From: an uncultured Thermoplasmata archaeon
GTDB lineage: Archaea; Thermoplasmatota; Thermoplasmata; UBA10834
DNA length: 64,000 nt
Direction of reading: 5' to 3'
Assembly: GCA_963719945.1 (NCBI GenBank)
Contig: CAVRDX010000004.1
Coordinates: 1 to 64,000, forward strand
Shown piece by piece: positions 9,683 through 19,948 of this stretch; positions within the stretch are counted from its first letter, which is position 1, and the number at the start of each line of letters is the position of its first letter. The notes under the pieces are model-generated. The model searched no databases. It was not told the origin of the DNA and saw nothing but the letters and a program-made list of their open reading frames with translations. Made by a program: the position numbers and the translations under genes.

Positions 9683-10186
9683 ATGGCAGAAACCGTTGAG
9701 GATGGCATGAGGACCTTGGTCATAGGTCTGGGCAACCCTATATTGTCGGATGACGGCGTGGGAATACATGTCGCCAGGAAGTTGAGGGAGATGTCCATAC
9801 CATCCATAGATGTAGAGGAGCTCGCTGCGAGTGGACTGGAACTCCTCGACATGATCGTAGGCTATGACCAGGTGATAGTCGTGGATGCGATCAAGACTGA
9901 GAACGGTCGCCCGGGAGAATTCTACGCGCTCCGTGAAGAGAACTTCGAGAATACTGTCCACGGGGCTTCCCCGCACGGGATAAATGTCGCCACTGCATTC
10001 GCGCTGGGAAGGAAGATAGTGCCCGATAAGATGCCGAAGGAGGTTGTCTTCATCGCCATCGAAGCGGACGACCTCATAAATGTGAGCGAGGAGCTGACAG
10101 ACACCGTCTCCAAGGCGCTACCCGGAATCATCGAATTCGTAGTCGAGACCGCGAAGGGACTCACGACCAAATCGACTGAAGCGTGA
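9683..10186 (+). CDS. Hydrogenase maturation protease
   Basis: VIGLGNPILSDDGVG, VVDAI, SPHG (HycI/HyaD family). Confidence 0.93.
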   Translation: MAETVEDGMRTLVIGLGNPILSDDGVGIHVARKLREMSIPSIDVEELAASGLELLDMIVGYDQVIVVDAIKTENGRPGEFYALREENFENTVHGASPHGINVATAFALGRKIVPDKMPKEVVFIAIEADDLINVSEELTDTVSKALPGIIEFVVETAKGLTTKSTEA

Positions 10187-10190
10187 CGGA

Positions 10191-11237
10191 TCAGCATATC
10201 CGAGGTACAGGGTCCCCGACGGGAGGTTCTATGACCCGTTTGCCACCGGTGTGAGTCGCCATCATCACGCCCGAGAATTCGCTTGAGGCCACTCCGATTA
10301 TGGCAGCGTTTCTTCCCTCGGGCCTGGAGCGTATGGCGGAGAGGACTTCATCAGCCATTGATGGCACGACCGCGATCAGCACCTTGCCCTCGTTCCCTAT
10401 CTCAAGTGGATCGATCCCCAACATCTCGCATGCAGCCAGGACCTCGTTATCGATTGGAAGATCCTCTTCAGAAATCCTGATTCCGACCCTGGACTTCCCG
10501 GCCCACTCGTTCAGTAGGTTCGCAACACCACCTCGTGTAGGATCTTTCATCGCTGTGATGCCGCCGACCTTGAGTGCCTCTTCTATCAGGGAATTCAATG
10601 GTTTCGCGTCACTGTGCACTACCGTATCGAAACCGTATCCTTCTCGGAAGGAGAGCAGCGCGACCCCATGGTTCCCAATCGATCCTGACGCGATGATGAT
10701 ATCACCTGAACCCACTGATGAATCGTTCGGCCAATTATGTTTGAATTCTCTCGATTGACGGACCTTCTGGATATTATGATCGAGATGATCCGACCGTCTG
10801 CCGATGCCGCTGGTATTGATGAATAATCCATCCGCTGCGCCCTTCTCGACCACTTTCGTGTCACCCGTGACGATCCTGACCCCGGCAGACTTTGCCGTGA
10901 GGCTGATGCTCCTGACGATCCTCTGAAGGTCCTCTTCTGAGAAACCCTCCTCGATGATCATAGCGCATGATAGAGCGATTGGCTTGGCGCCCATGACACT
11001 GATATCGTTCACGGTACCTGCAACAGAGAGAACACCGATATCTCCGCCTGGAAAGAAGAGCGGTTTGACCGTATAGGAATCCGTCGTGAATGCGATTCCG
11101 TCCACAATGGCTGCGTCATCCAAAGCAGACAGAGGTATCTCGCCAAAGTCGTGGTCCAACTCCTCAATGACGAATTTGCGGATGAATTCCTGCATCCGCT
11201 CCCCTCCGGCTCCATGTGCCATCGTGATCTTGACCAT
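10191..11237 (-). CDS. hypE: Hydrogenase maturation carbamoyl dehydratase HypE
   Basis: MAHGAGG, TTDSYTVKPLFFPGGDIG, GDTKVV, DPTRGG, C-terminal PRIC; start moved to MVKIT. Confidence 0.96.
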   Translation of the reverse strand: MVKITMAHGAGGERMQEFIRKFVIEELDHDFGEIPLSALDDAAIVDGIAFTTDSYTVKPLFFPGGDIGVLSVAGTVNDISVMGAKPIALSCAMIIEEGFSEEDLQRIVRSISLTAKSAGVRIVTGDTKVVEKGAADGLFINTSGIGRRSDHLDHNIQKVRQSREFKHNWPNDSSVGSGDIIIASGSIGNHGVALLSFREGYGFDTVVHSDAKPLNSLIEEALKVGGITAMKDPTRGGVANLLNEWAGKSRVGIRISEEDLPIDNEVLAACEMLGIDPLEIGNEGKVLIAVVPSMADEVLSAIRSRPEGRNAAIIGVASSEFSGVMMATHTGGKRVIEPPVGDPVPRIC

Positions 11238-11353
11238 ACAATACTCACAATGATTGTTCGAAGAGACATCCAAGTAATAATGCTTTCGGCATACTGGCAT
11301 AGGCGCAATTGCAGGAATAGATTGATAACGCGCGTGTGGGTTCTGATATTCGG

Positions 11354-11998
11354 ATGTTGACAGGGATACTTCTCACTGGAGGTCACAGTACTAGGATGGG
11401 CAGAGACAAAGGGCTCCTAAAGCTCGGACAGATGCCAATGGTGCTCCATGCCCTAGAAGAAATGTCTGGGACCATGGATGAGATAATCGTCTCGGTCGGC
11501 GTGGGCAGAAGAAGTGATTACGAACCGATCTTTGCCGGAAGAGCGCGCATAACAGAGGATTCGAGAGATGATCTTGGCCCGCTAGAAGGAATCAGAGCGG
11601 CGGTGTCCTCATCCAATAGCGATCTTGTCGCAGTCTGTCCTTGTGATACCCCTTTCGTGCGCGCTGAGATATACAAACTCCTCCTAGAGGAATCGAGGGA
11701 CTCAGAGGGCGCGGTTCCCATCATAAGGGGTTTCCCGGAACCGCTCCACGCGATCTATAGCAGGGACGCAATTGAGAGAGCGTGCACGGAGGTCGTCGAA
11801 CGAGGAGGATTCAGAGTGTCGGAGATGTTCCAATATATGGACCTCAGATTCATTCAAGAGACACGCATACGCGAGGTCGATCGTGAATTGTCCAGCTTCT
11901 GGAATCTCAACTCCCCAGAAGATTTCCGGAGGGCTGAGATGATATTGACAGAGAGGGACCGCGAAAAGTCGTTATTCTCTCGAGCGCACACTATCTAG
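11354..11998 (+). CDS. mobA: Molybdenum cofactor guanylyltransferase
   Basis: LLTGGHSTRMGRDK, GPLEGI, PCDTP, EPLHAIY, NLNSPED. Confidence 0.88.
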   Translation: MLTGILLTGGHSTRMGRDKGLLKLGQMPMVLHALEEMSGTMDEIIVSVGVGRRSDYEPIFAGRARITEDSRDDLGPLEGIRAAVSSSNSDLVAVCPCDTPFVRAEIYKLLLEESRDSEGAVPIIRGFPEPLHAIYSRDAIERACTEVVERGGFRVSEMFQYMDLRFIQETRIREVDRELSSFWNLNSPEDFRRAEMILTERDREKSLFSRAHTI

Positions 11999-12631
11999 AA
12001 TCTCATCGACCCTCTCCTTGGCCTGACCAATCTGCATGGCATCGACAAAATGCTCTTTGCCCGTATACGTCAAGTAATAGGCGCCGACGATTGCGACTAT
12101 CAGCCCAGCTAATGCATCGAAGAAGAGATCCATCATAGTATCCGTAAGTGAGTATTGGAGGTGACTCCCCGACAGCTGATCATTTGCATATTCCATCAGT
12201 TCCCATACGACACCAATCGCCATGGTGAACATCGAGATGAACATGGCCAGGAATGGTCTGGGCAAGAAGATATTGTCACTGTATTTGTCCATCGCGACGA
12301 CCACCACGAAAGCCAATGCAGCTATCAGGGAAGCGGACATAGCATGAGTCAGATGATCCCAGCCAGGGATGGAATCGTAGAAGCCTGAGAATCCTCCGGC
12401 AACGTGCAGGAACAGAGCTATTACTATCCAGAAGTTCAGCTCGACGGGTAGGACTAGCCGCAAATCCTTCCGCAAGATTGAGGGGATTGTGCTGATCGCG
12501 AGGGAGATGAGTGCTGCAGGAACCCAGGTATAGTTGGCAGTCACAATGCCCACCAAGGTAATGGCAACCATGCCCGCCTGCATGGTTCTGGATAAGAATT
12601 TCAATCTTTCCTCCAGAGCCTCACCTCCCAC
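11972..12631 (-). CDS. DUF2238-like polytopic membrane protein
   Basis: About 7 TM segments; LHVAG, WDHLTH, WELMEY, DTMMD. The true start may be CTG at 12616. Confidence 0.75.
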   Translation of the reverse strand: MGGEALEERLKFLSRTMQAGMVAITLVGIVTANYTWVPAALISLAISTIPSILRKDLRLVLPVELNFWIVIALFLHVAGGFSGFYDSIPGWDHLTHAMSASLIAALAFVVVVAMDKYSDNIFLPRPFLAMFISMFTMAIGVVWELMEYANDQLSGSHLQYSLTDTMMDLFFDALAGLIVAIVGAYYLTYTGKEHFVDAMQIGQAKERVDEILDSVRSRE

Positions 12632-13278
12632 AGATGGATCAGACCAAGAGCTTGGCGCCTCTCCTTCGACATCGTTTTCGTGTAAGCGCCATAGACGATA
12701 CCCATCAGAACACCGCCAATCATCGTCCAGAGCAGCCCATTCATGACAGCACCATTGGTGGTCAGGTTGTCTGTCTCGAATAACGAATCGCCGATGAATT
12801 CCCCCAGATACCAGAAGCCAGATATGGCTAGAGTGAACATGAAGACGAAGAATATCGATAACGGTCTGTTCATCCTGACCGCGGTGAACATTTCCAATTC
12901 TATTGTCAACAGGAAGCCGAGCGTGGAAAGTGAGAACGCCATGGCGAGTGAGGTCATATCATCCCACCATGCGATATTTGCGCTGAAGACCTCAGAACCC
13001 TCTGATATGTGTAACAGCATCGGTATGGAAAGAAGCAGAGCCATCTCCCACGGGACTGCCCTGAAAGGGTCCCTCGTCATGATTATCGGGAGTATGTACA
13101 ATGAAAGAGCGAATATCCCGAATGTTGCCCAGATGAGATCCAGCTTTATTATGGAATAGACGGTCGCGAAGAACAATATCAGACTCGATATCCAAGAGAT
13201 CTCGGCCTCTATGATCCGCCTTGAATTCTCCAGGAGTGTCTTAGCTCCATCATTCTGTCCATCATCGTTCACGGCCAT
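12601..13278 (-). CDS. Membrane protein, divergent paralog of the downstream DUF2238-like gene
   Basis: Same TM layout; WWDDMTS and FWYLGEF at the equivalent positions. Confidence 0.7.
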   Translation of the reverse strand: MAVNDDGQNDGAKTLLENSRRIIEAEISWISSLILFFATVYSIIKLDLIWATFGIFALSLYILPIIMTRDPFRAVPWEMALLLSIPMLLHISEGSEVFSANIAWWDDMTSLAMAFSLSTLGFLLTIELEMFTAVRMNRPLSIFFVFMFTLAISGFWYLGEFIGDSLFETDNLTTNGAVMNGLLWTMIGGVLMGIVYGAYTKTMSKERRQALGLIHLWEVRLWRKD

Positions 13279-13324
13279 CTACACTCTGCATGGTGTGCCA
13301 ACGAGCGAGCTGCTACGCATGGCA

Positions 13325-16300
13325 TCAATGAGCCTCACTGGTCTCGAACCTATATGCACCCTTGGGCACACGGATCTCGAATTTCACACCCTCACCGTGC
13401 TTTCCGACCTCATCTATCTTGATTCCAGTGATGCTCAGGACCTCACGAGTCATGTAGAGACCGAGTCCGGTATGTTTTCCGAAACCGCGCTGGAACAACT
13501 TCTCCCTATCGACATCAGATATCCCGATTCCATTGTCCTCATAAGTTACGACCAACCCATCATTAGTCTCCCTCTGATGAATCCTTATCTTCGTCACCCT
13601 CTCGCCATGACGGAGTGAGTTCTCGACAAGGTTGTGGAACACCCTCTCGACCATCTGATCTACATATAATGAGACACCCTTCAATTCTATCTCGATCTCC
13701 ACACCCTGCCGCTCCAATCCGGAGATGCCGTCCTCAATAGAATCATTTGCATCCACCCACATTGGAGCCTTCACACCTAATTCTTGATAGTCTGCTGTGA
13801 ATTCGAGCTGGCGTCTAATCAGATGAGCAGCTTTGTTGATTGACTCCAGATGCTTGATCAGATTCTTTTCGTTGGGGGATTCCAGAAGCATATCGGACCA
13901 ACCGAGGACTATCGAGAGCTGGTTCATTATATCGTGGCGAGTAATGCTACTTAGCAGACTCAGCTTCGTGTTCGCCTGTTCGATAGCCTGTTGATAACGT
14001 CTGAGCTCCGAGATATCTAAACGCACTCCTCCGATCACGAAACCGTCGCCCGATGGGTCGGATATCGGAAACTTGTATGCGAGCCATTCATGGGGGCCAT
14101 CCGCTCCGGGGATGATCTCTATGTTCTCCTGAGTTTCCATTGTGTCCAGAACCCTGTCATCGATTTCTTTTAGCACTTTGGCGGTTTCTTCGGAATACAA
14201 TTCTGCATCGGTTTTTCCGACCAATTCTGAACCACTGGCCCCGACTGTGTTCTCCATTGCCCTATTGACATAGAGGTATTTCCCAGATGTGTCCTTCATG
14301 AACGCAACGGCTGGAGAATTGTCCATGAATGTCTTGAATCTGGCTTCGGTCAATGCCAACAATTCCTCGATTCTCTTCCTATCAGTCACGTCCACTACAA
14401 TTCCTTGAAGATGGGTTACGGTTCCGGAGTTGTCTCTTCTGACTAGCGTTCTATCATCGACCCAATAAAGGTCGCCTGTAGGAGACACGATTCGGTATAG
14501 TTGAGTGAAGTAGTCAATGTCCTCTGAGAGATATTCTTTCACTTCCGATGCAACTCTCTGGACATCATCTGGGTGAATAATATCCGCAAAAGTGACCTCT
14601 CCTTTCATCAGTTCTGAAGAGGTGTAACCGAATTGATGGACATTCTCTGAGACGAATTCCACCGGCCATCCACTGGAATTCAGCCAGAGAAAAACAACTG
14701 CAGGGCTCTTGTTTATGATAGCCTCCAATTCGCGTCTCTCCGCCAACGCCCTCTTGAGCGCCTTCTCATACAATATCCTCTCAGTCATATCCCGAAGGAC
14801 ACCGATAAGATAGACTGAATTTCCGAGCGGGTCCTTGACGAGGCGTGCTGATAATTCACCCTCGAGTGTTCCACCACTTGGAATTTGGAGCGTGAACGGC
14901 ATCTCGCTGATCTCGCCATGTTCCCGAATTTGCTTAGCGACAGCGATGGCGTTATCACGATCGCTTACCTCCGAGAAGCGCAAAAGCGTTCTGACCGATG
15001 ACTTCGTCCCTGGACTTATAAGAAAACATCTTCATAACCGCATGATTCACATCGAGGATGAGACCTTCCACATTCGCTATCACAATACAGTCTGGAGAGG
15101 ATTCAAGGACACTTCTTAGAATGTCGCGTTCACGCTTCAATTCGATTGGATCGGAAGCTTCGTCGGTTATATCCAGGCCAGCAATCATTATACATTTCTC
15201 CCCGGCGAGTTCAATAGGTTCTATCAACATCTTTGCCAACCTCATCTTGCCGGCTTTCGTCTTGAATTTGATCTCAAGATTGACTGCAGATCCTATCGAG
15301 GACAATATCTCTTCAGCTCTATGGCAAAAATCCTTTTCGAATGCGCCGACGTCTGAGAGCGTTCGACCTAGCAACTCGCTTCTCGTATAGCCAGTTGCAT
15401 TCAAATATCTCTCATTGACCTCGACCACGTGCTTGTCACTCTGACGACAGATCAACATCATGTATGGGCTCGCACGGAACATGGTGGAAAACTTGTTCTC
15501 GGATTTCAAGAGCGATTCCATCATCTTTTTGGTTTCAGTCAACTCAGAAGCGACAATCAATGAGCCGAGATATGCTTGTCCCCGGAATCAAAGATTGAGG
15601 ATGCACCCAAGAGAACCTGCAGCCGTGAGCCATCTGATCTCAGGAACTCGGATTCCTGCTGTTCTCGGGAAGGATCGGTGCTTTTGAAGATCGACTCTGA
15701 TTCATCTCAGACCAGGGTGAATCCAGGAAGGAATACAATGACAGACCATCGAGTTTCTCTCCTGGACGCCCCAGCATGTGAGCGATTCGCGGGTTCGCGA
15801 AGGTGATCTCGCCGTCTCCATCAACCATCATGATGCCAATATTCGCGAGTTCGACCAACTGACGGTACCTCTCTTCGCTCTCCAGCAGTGCCATGCGCGC
15901 GCGCTCGTTATCGCTGATGTCTCTCACATACTCGATAACACTTTCGATCTCACCTGTACTCCCTATGGCTCATGGGGAAGCTGTAGAGTTCGAACCATCC
16001 CACTATTGCTCCGGCTTTGTCGATCTTTGGCACGACTTCCCTGTGGGCGATCTCCATGCATCAGTGTATGATAGTTGGGCAAATCTCACAAGGGATGGAT
16101 CGTCCGTGATACGCTTCGTAGCATTTCTTGCCAGCCAAAGGCAGACGAGTGAGGATACCATCGTTCCATGGCCCCGTTCACCCGAAGTGATGTTGTAGTT
16201 GGCATCGAGCACACTTATTCCATCTTGAATGCTGTCGAATATGTTCGATAGGAATCTCTCGCTCTCGGATACTTCGAGCTCGGCACGCTTCTGGTTGATG

Positions 16301-16662
16301 CTCTTGGTCAGCATATTCACTAACTCGGGATATTGTGTCTTTGGGTCGCCGCCTTTAGGAATGTAGAAATCAGCTCCACTGTTCAACGCATGAATCGCGA
16401 CGTCTTCCCGGCCACGGCCCGTCAACATGATGAAAGGGATCATGATCCCCTGCGCCCGGAGTATTTTGAGGAACTCGAGGCCATCGATATCAGGCATCAT
16501 GAAATCGGATACGACCGCTTCGTGTCCTACTCTCTTTGCCAGGACATCAAGAGCTTCCCTCGCGGAAGTTACCGCATCTGTCACGAAAACTCCGTCTCGT
16601 TCAAGGAAGAACTTCAAGACTTCAAGATAAGCTGGGTCGTCGTCGACGAGTAGGATCTTCAT
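13325..16662 (-). pseudogene. REC-multiPAS hybrid histidine kinase with multiple frameshifts (pseudogene or local assembly error)
   Basis: REC (ILLVDDD, VSDFMMP) at 16662. PAS pieces switch frames at about 16186, 16146, 15960, 15700, 15572 and 14983, with a TGA at 16061-16063. The 13325-14983 part is intact (RHDIMNQL, NSLRHG, DNGIG, GLGLY). Confidence 0.85.
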
Positions 16663-16808
16663 CTGCAAGGTACCACCCACCTCGAGATTGCGAAACTGTC
16701 GCGAACTCACCTATGGTCCATGTGCGTATTTATTATCTGCCATTCTGCCGGCGTTGTACATGCCAATGATGCCTAGAGAGATGAAAAAGAAGAGCGAAGG
16801 GATATGAG

Positions 16809-16914
16809 CGCTGAGGGGGAGATTTGAACTCCCGAGGCGCGAACGCCACGAGCTAACCGGCCGCTTATAGCGGAGTTTCCAGACTCGCGCCTTACCGGGC
16901 TGGGCCACCTCAGC
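16809..16914 (-). tRNA. tRNA-Ser(GGA) with 22-nt intron at 37/38 (16855-16876)
   Basis: GCTGAGG/CCTCAGC acceptor stem, long variable arm, TTCAAAT T-loop, anticodon at 16878-16880, BHB-like splice motif; CCA not encoded. Confidence 0.92.
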
Positions 16915-17013
16915 TTTCTAACCACCAAAAAGGTTGCCATATTTAAGAATATGCGCAACCAACGGGATGCAGCCATAAGAGACCGCCGCACGTCGGACAG
17001 GTAGGAACCCGAT

Positions 17014-17856
17014 TCACTCCTTCGTGTTTCCCCGGAGTATCGCCCCAATGCGATCGAATAGTTCTGGCCGACTGTCCCTGAGAAGCGGTCTGAACCTACG
17101 GGCAGCATCCAGATCCTCGAAATCGATCTCGTGCGTGACGATATCCTCCTCGAGTTCCTTGGCCTTGATCATCTCGTCCCCTCGAGGACCATAAAGTACA
17201 CTCCCACCACCGAACACAAGGGAACCATGTACTCCAACGAGGTTCGTATATGCCAGGAACACGCTATTCTCAGAAGCTCGTGCGGGCATGACCTTCTCGA
17301 AACTCGGCCTTGAGGTCGTCGGGGCGGCGGATATGTTTATGAGCAGCTGGGCGCCCATGAGCGATTCGAGTTTGGCGAGTTCTGGGAAGAACATGTCATA
17401 GCATACCATCAGTCCGATCTTGGCGTGCATGCCCTGTGCCACAACCGCATCATTTCCAGGAGTGAAGAATACTCGCTCTTCGAATGGACCGAAAGTCGGG
17501 AGGTACATCTTGTCGTATCTGAATAGCTTGCCATGGCCAGTCGCGAGGATGCTTGAATTGTAGATTAATCCACGTATTCTCTCGTCTCTTATGGGTGCCC
17601 CAAATACGATGTCTTTCTTGGTCTCCTTTGCGAGAGAAGCCATCGCCATGATACTAGGGCCGTCCATTGGCTCAGCTTGCTTGAAGAGATCATCCCTCGG
17701 AAGATAGCCAGTCAGAGAAGTCTCAGGGAAGATCACTATTCGCCCTTTCGTTCTCCGAACTATGGAGCTCATACGCTTGAGATTCGCCGATTTGTCGTGC
17801 AGTTGGCATGTGATTTGAGCGAGAGTCACGGTTGTGCGAGTCATTCTATTCGGCAT
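17014..17856 (-). CDS. Carbon-nitrogen hydrolase (nitrilase family), resembles the NadE glutaminase domain
   Basis: Glu-Lys-Cys triad: FPETSLTGY, YDKMYLPTFGPFEE, VCYDMFFPE. Confidence 0.9.
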   Translation of the reverse strand: MPNRMTRTTVTLAQITCQLHDKSANLKRMSSIVRRTKGRIVIFPETSLTGYLPRDDLFKQAEPMDGPSIMAMASLAKETKKDIVFGAPIRDERIRGLIYNSSILATGHGKLFRYDKMYLPTFGPFEERVFFTPGNDAVVAQGMHAKIGLMVCYDMFFPELAKLESLMGAQLLINISAAPTTSRPSFEKVMPARASENSVFLAYTNLVGVHGSLVFGGGSVLYGPRGDEMIKAKELEEDIVTHEIDFEDLDAARRFRPLLRDSRPELFDRIGAILRGNTKE

Positions 17857-17944
17857 CGAGATACAGATAGATTAGATTTTACGGCTGACAACTATCATTT
17901 CCGAACCATAACGGCTATATCCGAACCATGCCATCAGAGCTGTG

Positions 17945-18760
17945 ATGAAGACCCCGCAGCTCAAGGAAGGAACTGAGAGGATCATCGAGCGGTTCCTGGC
18001 GGAGAAGCTGAGGAAGATCGGAGCCAAAGGCTTCGTAGTAGGAGTCAGTGGAGGAATTGATTCTGCAGTCGTCCTCAAACTCGCAGTGAGGGCCGTCGGA
18101 AAAGAGAAGATTCTCGGGATCCTGATGCCTGAGCGAGATTCTCCTAAGGATGACGTCGTAGATGCCGAGGATTTGTGCAAAGCCGAGGGTGTGAAGCACA
18201 TGACCATCGACATAACGAAGATCGTCGATGAATACGCATCCGTGCTCGAAAAGGCGGATAAGAAGGCCCTTGCCAATGTCAAGGCGAGGTGCAGGATGAC
18301 CATCCTATACCATTATGCGGGAGCGGAATCAAGGCTGGTCCTGGGGACCAGCAACAAAAGCGAGTTGCTCGTAGGATACTTCACCAAGTTCGGGGACGGA
18401 GGGGCGGACCTCGAACCCATCGGAGACCTGTACAAGACAGAGGTGCGTCAGCTCGCGGATATATTGGGCGTGCCAGAGGGGATTAGAAAGAAGGCGCCCT
18501 CTGCGGGGCTATGGAAAGGACAGACCGATGAGAAAGAGATGGGGATCACCTATGAACGACTTGACTCGATACTCCACGGAATCGAATTAGGGCAGAGTGA
18601 TAGAACCATCGCCGAGAACGCCGAGACCACTGTGAAAGAGGTGCTCCGCATAGAGAGAACGGTCAGACTCTCATCCCATAAACGGAAGTTCCCACCCGTT
18701 GTGAAGGTGGGAATGAGGACACCAGGCCTTGACTGGCGAGAGGGCGATGAGGATATCTGA
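17945..18760 (+). CDS. nadE: NAD+ synthetase (single domain, NH3 type)
   Basis: GVSGGIDSA, NVKARCRM, GTSNKSE, GYFTKFGDG, PSAGLW. Confidence 0.96.
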   Translation: MKTPQLKEGTERIIERFLAEKLRKIGAKGFVVGVSGGIDSAVVLKLAVRAVGKEKILGILMPERDSPKDDVVDAEDLCKAEGVKHMTIDITKIVDEYASVLEKADKKALANVKARCRMTILYHYAGAESRLVLGTSNKSELLVGYFTKFGDGGADLEPIGDLYKTEVRQLADILGVPEGIRKKAPSAGLWKGQTDEKEMGITYERLDSILHGIELGQSDRTIAENAETTVKEVLRIERTVRLSSHKRKFPPVVKVGMRTPGLDWREGDEDI

Positions 18761-18784
18761 CCTCACGGCACTGTTTCTGAAGAA

Positions 18785-19660
18785 TCAGAGATACCGCTTT
18801 GGAATAGCCATCTTTGCTGCGACCAATGGGTCGACGACCTGGGAAATCCCAAGATTCGCTGCCGCACTGGCAATCATATAAGCGTCCTCGAAATTCATCC
18901 CCTTCGAATTCATGATGAATCTGACCATGTCCTCAGTGGCGATCTTCGAGGCCTTATCCAGAGTCTCGGCCGCCGCGTAGGTAATCCAATGTGTGGGCGT
19001 CTCGATCATGGGTCGCGATAGTTGAAGCCATTCGCATCTCGAAAGACGGATGGTCAATTCAGCCGATACCTCCACACCGCAGCCGCATACCTCCCCATCA
19101 CCCATGGCAGCGTGGACGTCACCCAGCGCCACCATGCCCCCATCCACGAATGTCGGGAGATAGACTTTGGCCCCTGAACCCAGCTCACGCGTATCGAGGT
19201 TTCCACCGAAATCACCCGGAAAATAGGTCGGGTATTCTCCCGTCGCGGGTGAAACCCCCACCACGCCCACGTGAGGGTTGGCATCTATCCATAGATCACC
19301 ATCGATGCGAATCTTCTTCCCCTTGACCTCGACAATCCTAACCTTCGTTCGTCTGACCATGTCGCTCAGATTGCCCAGATCAGGCGAGACCACAATCACA
19401 CCTTTGGAACCACAGACTATCCTTTCGATTGATACGCAGATGACATCGCCAGCATGCAACCCATCGACCATTATTGGACCAGTTGCGGGATTCACGGTAT
19501 CCAGCTCGATATCCTCGAAAACGCTCTTATCACTCTTGAGCTTGGATCCAAATGCATCTTTTGTCTGCACAAGGACCCGTTCGCCGTTCTTCACCACATA
19601 AGCAGGAGGGTTCTTGGCAGAGAATTGGTAGATGACCTTCCTAGAGCTCAGCTTCTTCAT
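18785..19660 (-). CDS. Acetamidase/formamidase family protein
   Basis: NPATGPI, GGNLD, GDVHAAMGDGEV. Confidence 0.9.
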   Translation of the reverse strand: MKKLSSRKVIYQFSAKNPPAYVVKNGERVLVQTKDAFGSKLKSDKSVFEDIELDTVNPATGPIMVDGLHAGDVICVSIERIVCGSKGVIVVSPDLGNLSDMVRRTKVRIVEVKGKKIRIDGDLWIDANPHVGVVGVSPATGEYPTYFPGDFGGNLDTRELGSGAKVYLPTFVDGGMVALGDVHAAMGDGEVCGCGVEVSAELTIRLSRCEWLQLSRPMIETPTHWITYAAAETLDKASKIATEDMVRFIMNSKGMNFEDAYMIASAAANLGISQVVDPLVAAKMAIPKRYL

Positions 19661-19768
19661 AGCCTCACCATCTGGACGTTAGGGCCAACTTCTGGAAATA
19701 CCTTCCCATAGTGGCAAAACGGACCCCAAACGTTTATGTAAGACATTAGGTTTGCTTGGAACTACCGA

Positions 19769-19871
19769 GCTCCTGTAGTGTAGTGGCCAATCATTCGAGC
19801 CTCTCGTGGTCATCCGCAAGGATGGCCGGCGATAGCTCGATACCCGGGTTCAAATCCCGGCGGGAGCACCA
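19769..19871 (+). tRNA. tRNA-Glu(CTC) with 27-nt intron at 37/38 (19807-19833)
   Basis: GCTCCTG/CGGGAGC acceptor, CGAGC/GCTCG anticodon stem, anticodon at 19803-19805, GGTTCAAATCC, encoded CCA. Confidence 0.93.
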
Positions 19872-19948
19872 TTTTTCGTTTCGTTAAAGTCATGTATTGC
19901 AGAAGAATCTTCACCGACACGAATATTGGTGTTGATGAAGATGTTCCC

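Noticed and set aside
16061-16063. Recoded TGA or programmed frameshifting in the kinase
   Set aside because: Too many independent breaks, and no shared slippery or recoding signal.
11972-16914. Island integrated at the tRNA-Ser 3' end
   Set aside because: No integrase and no duplicated tRNA 3' end seen by eye.
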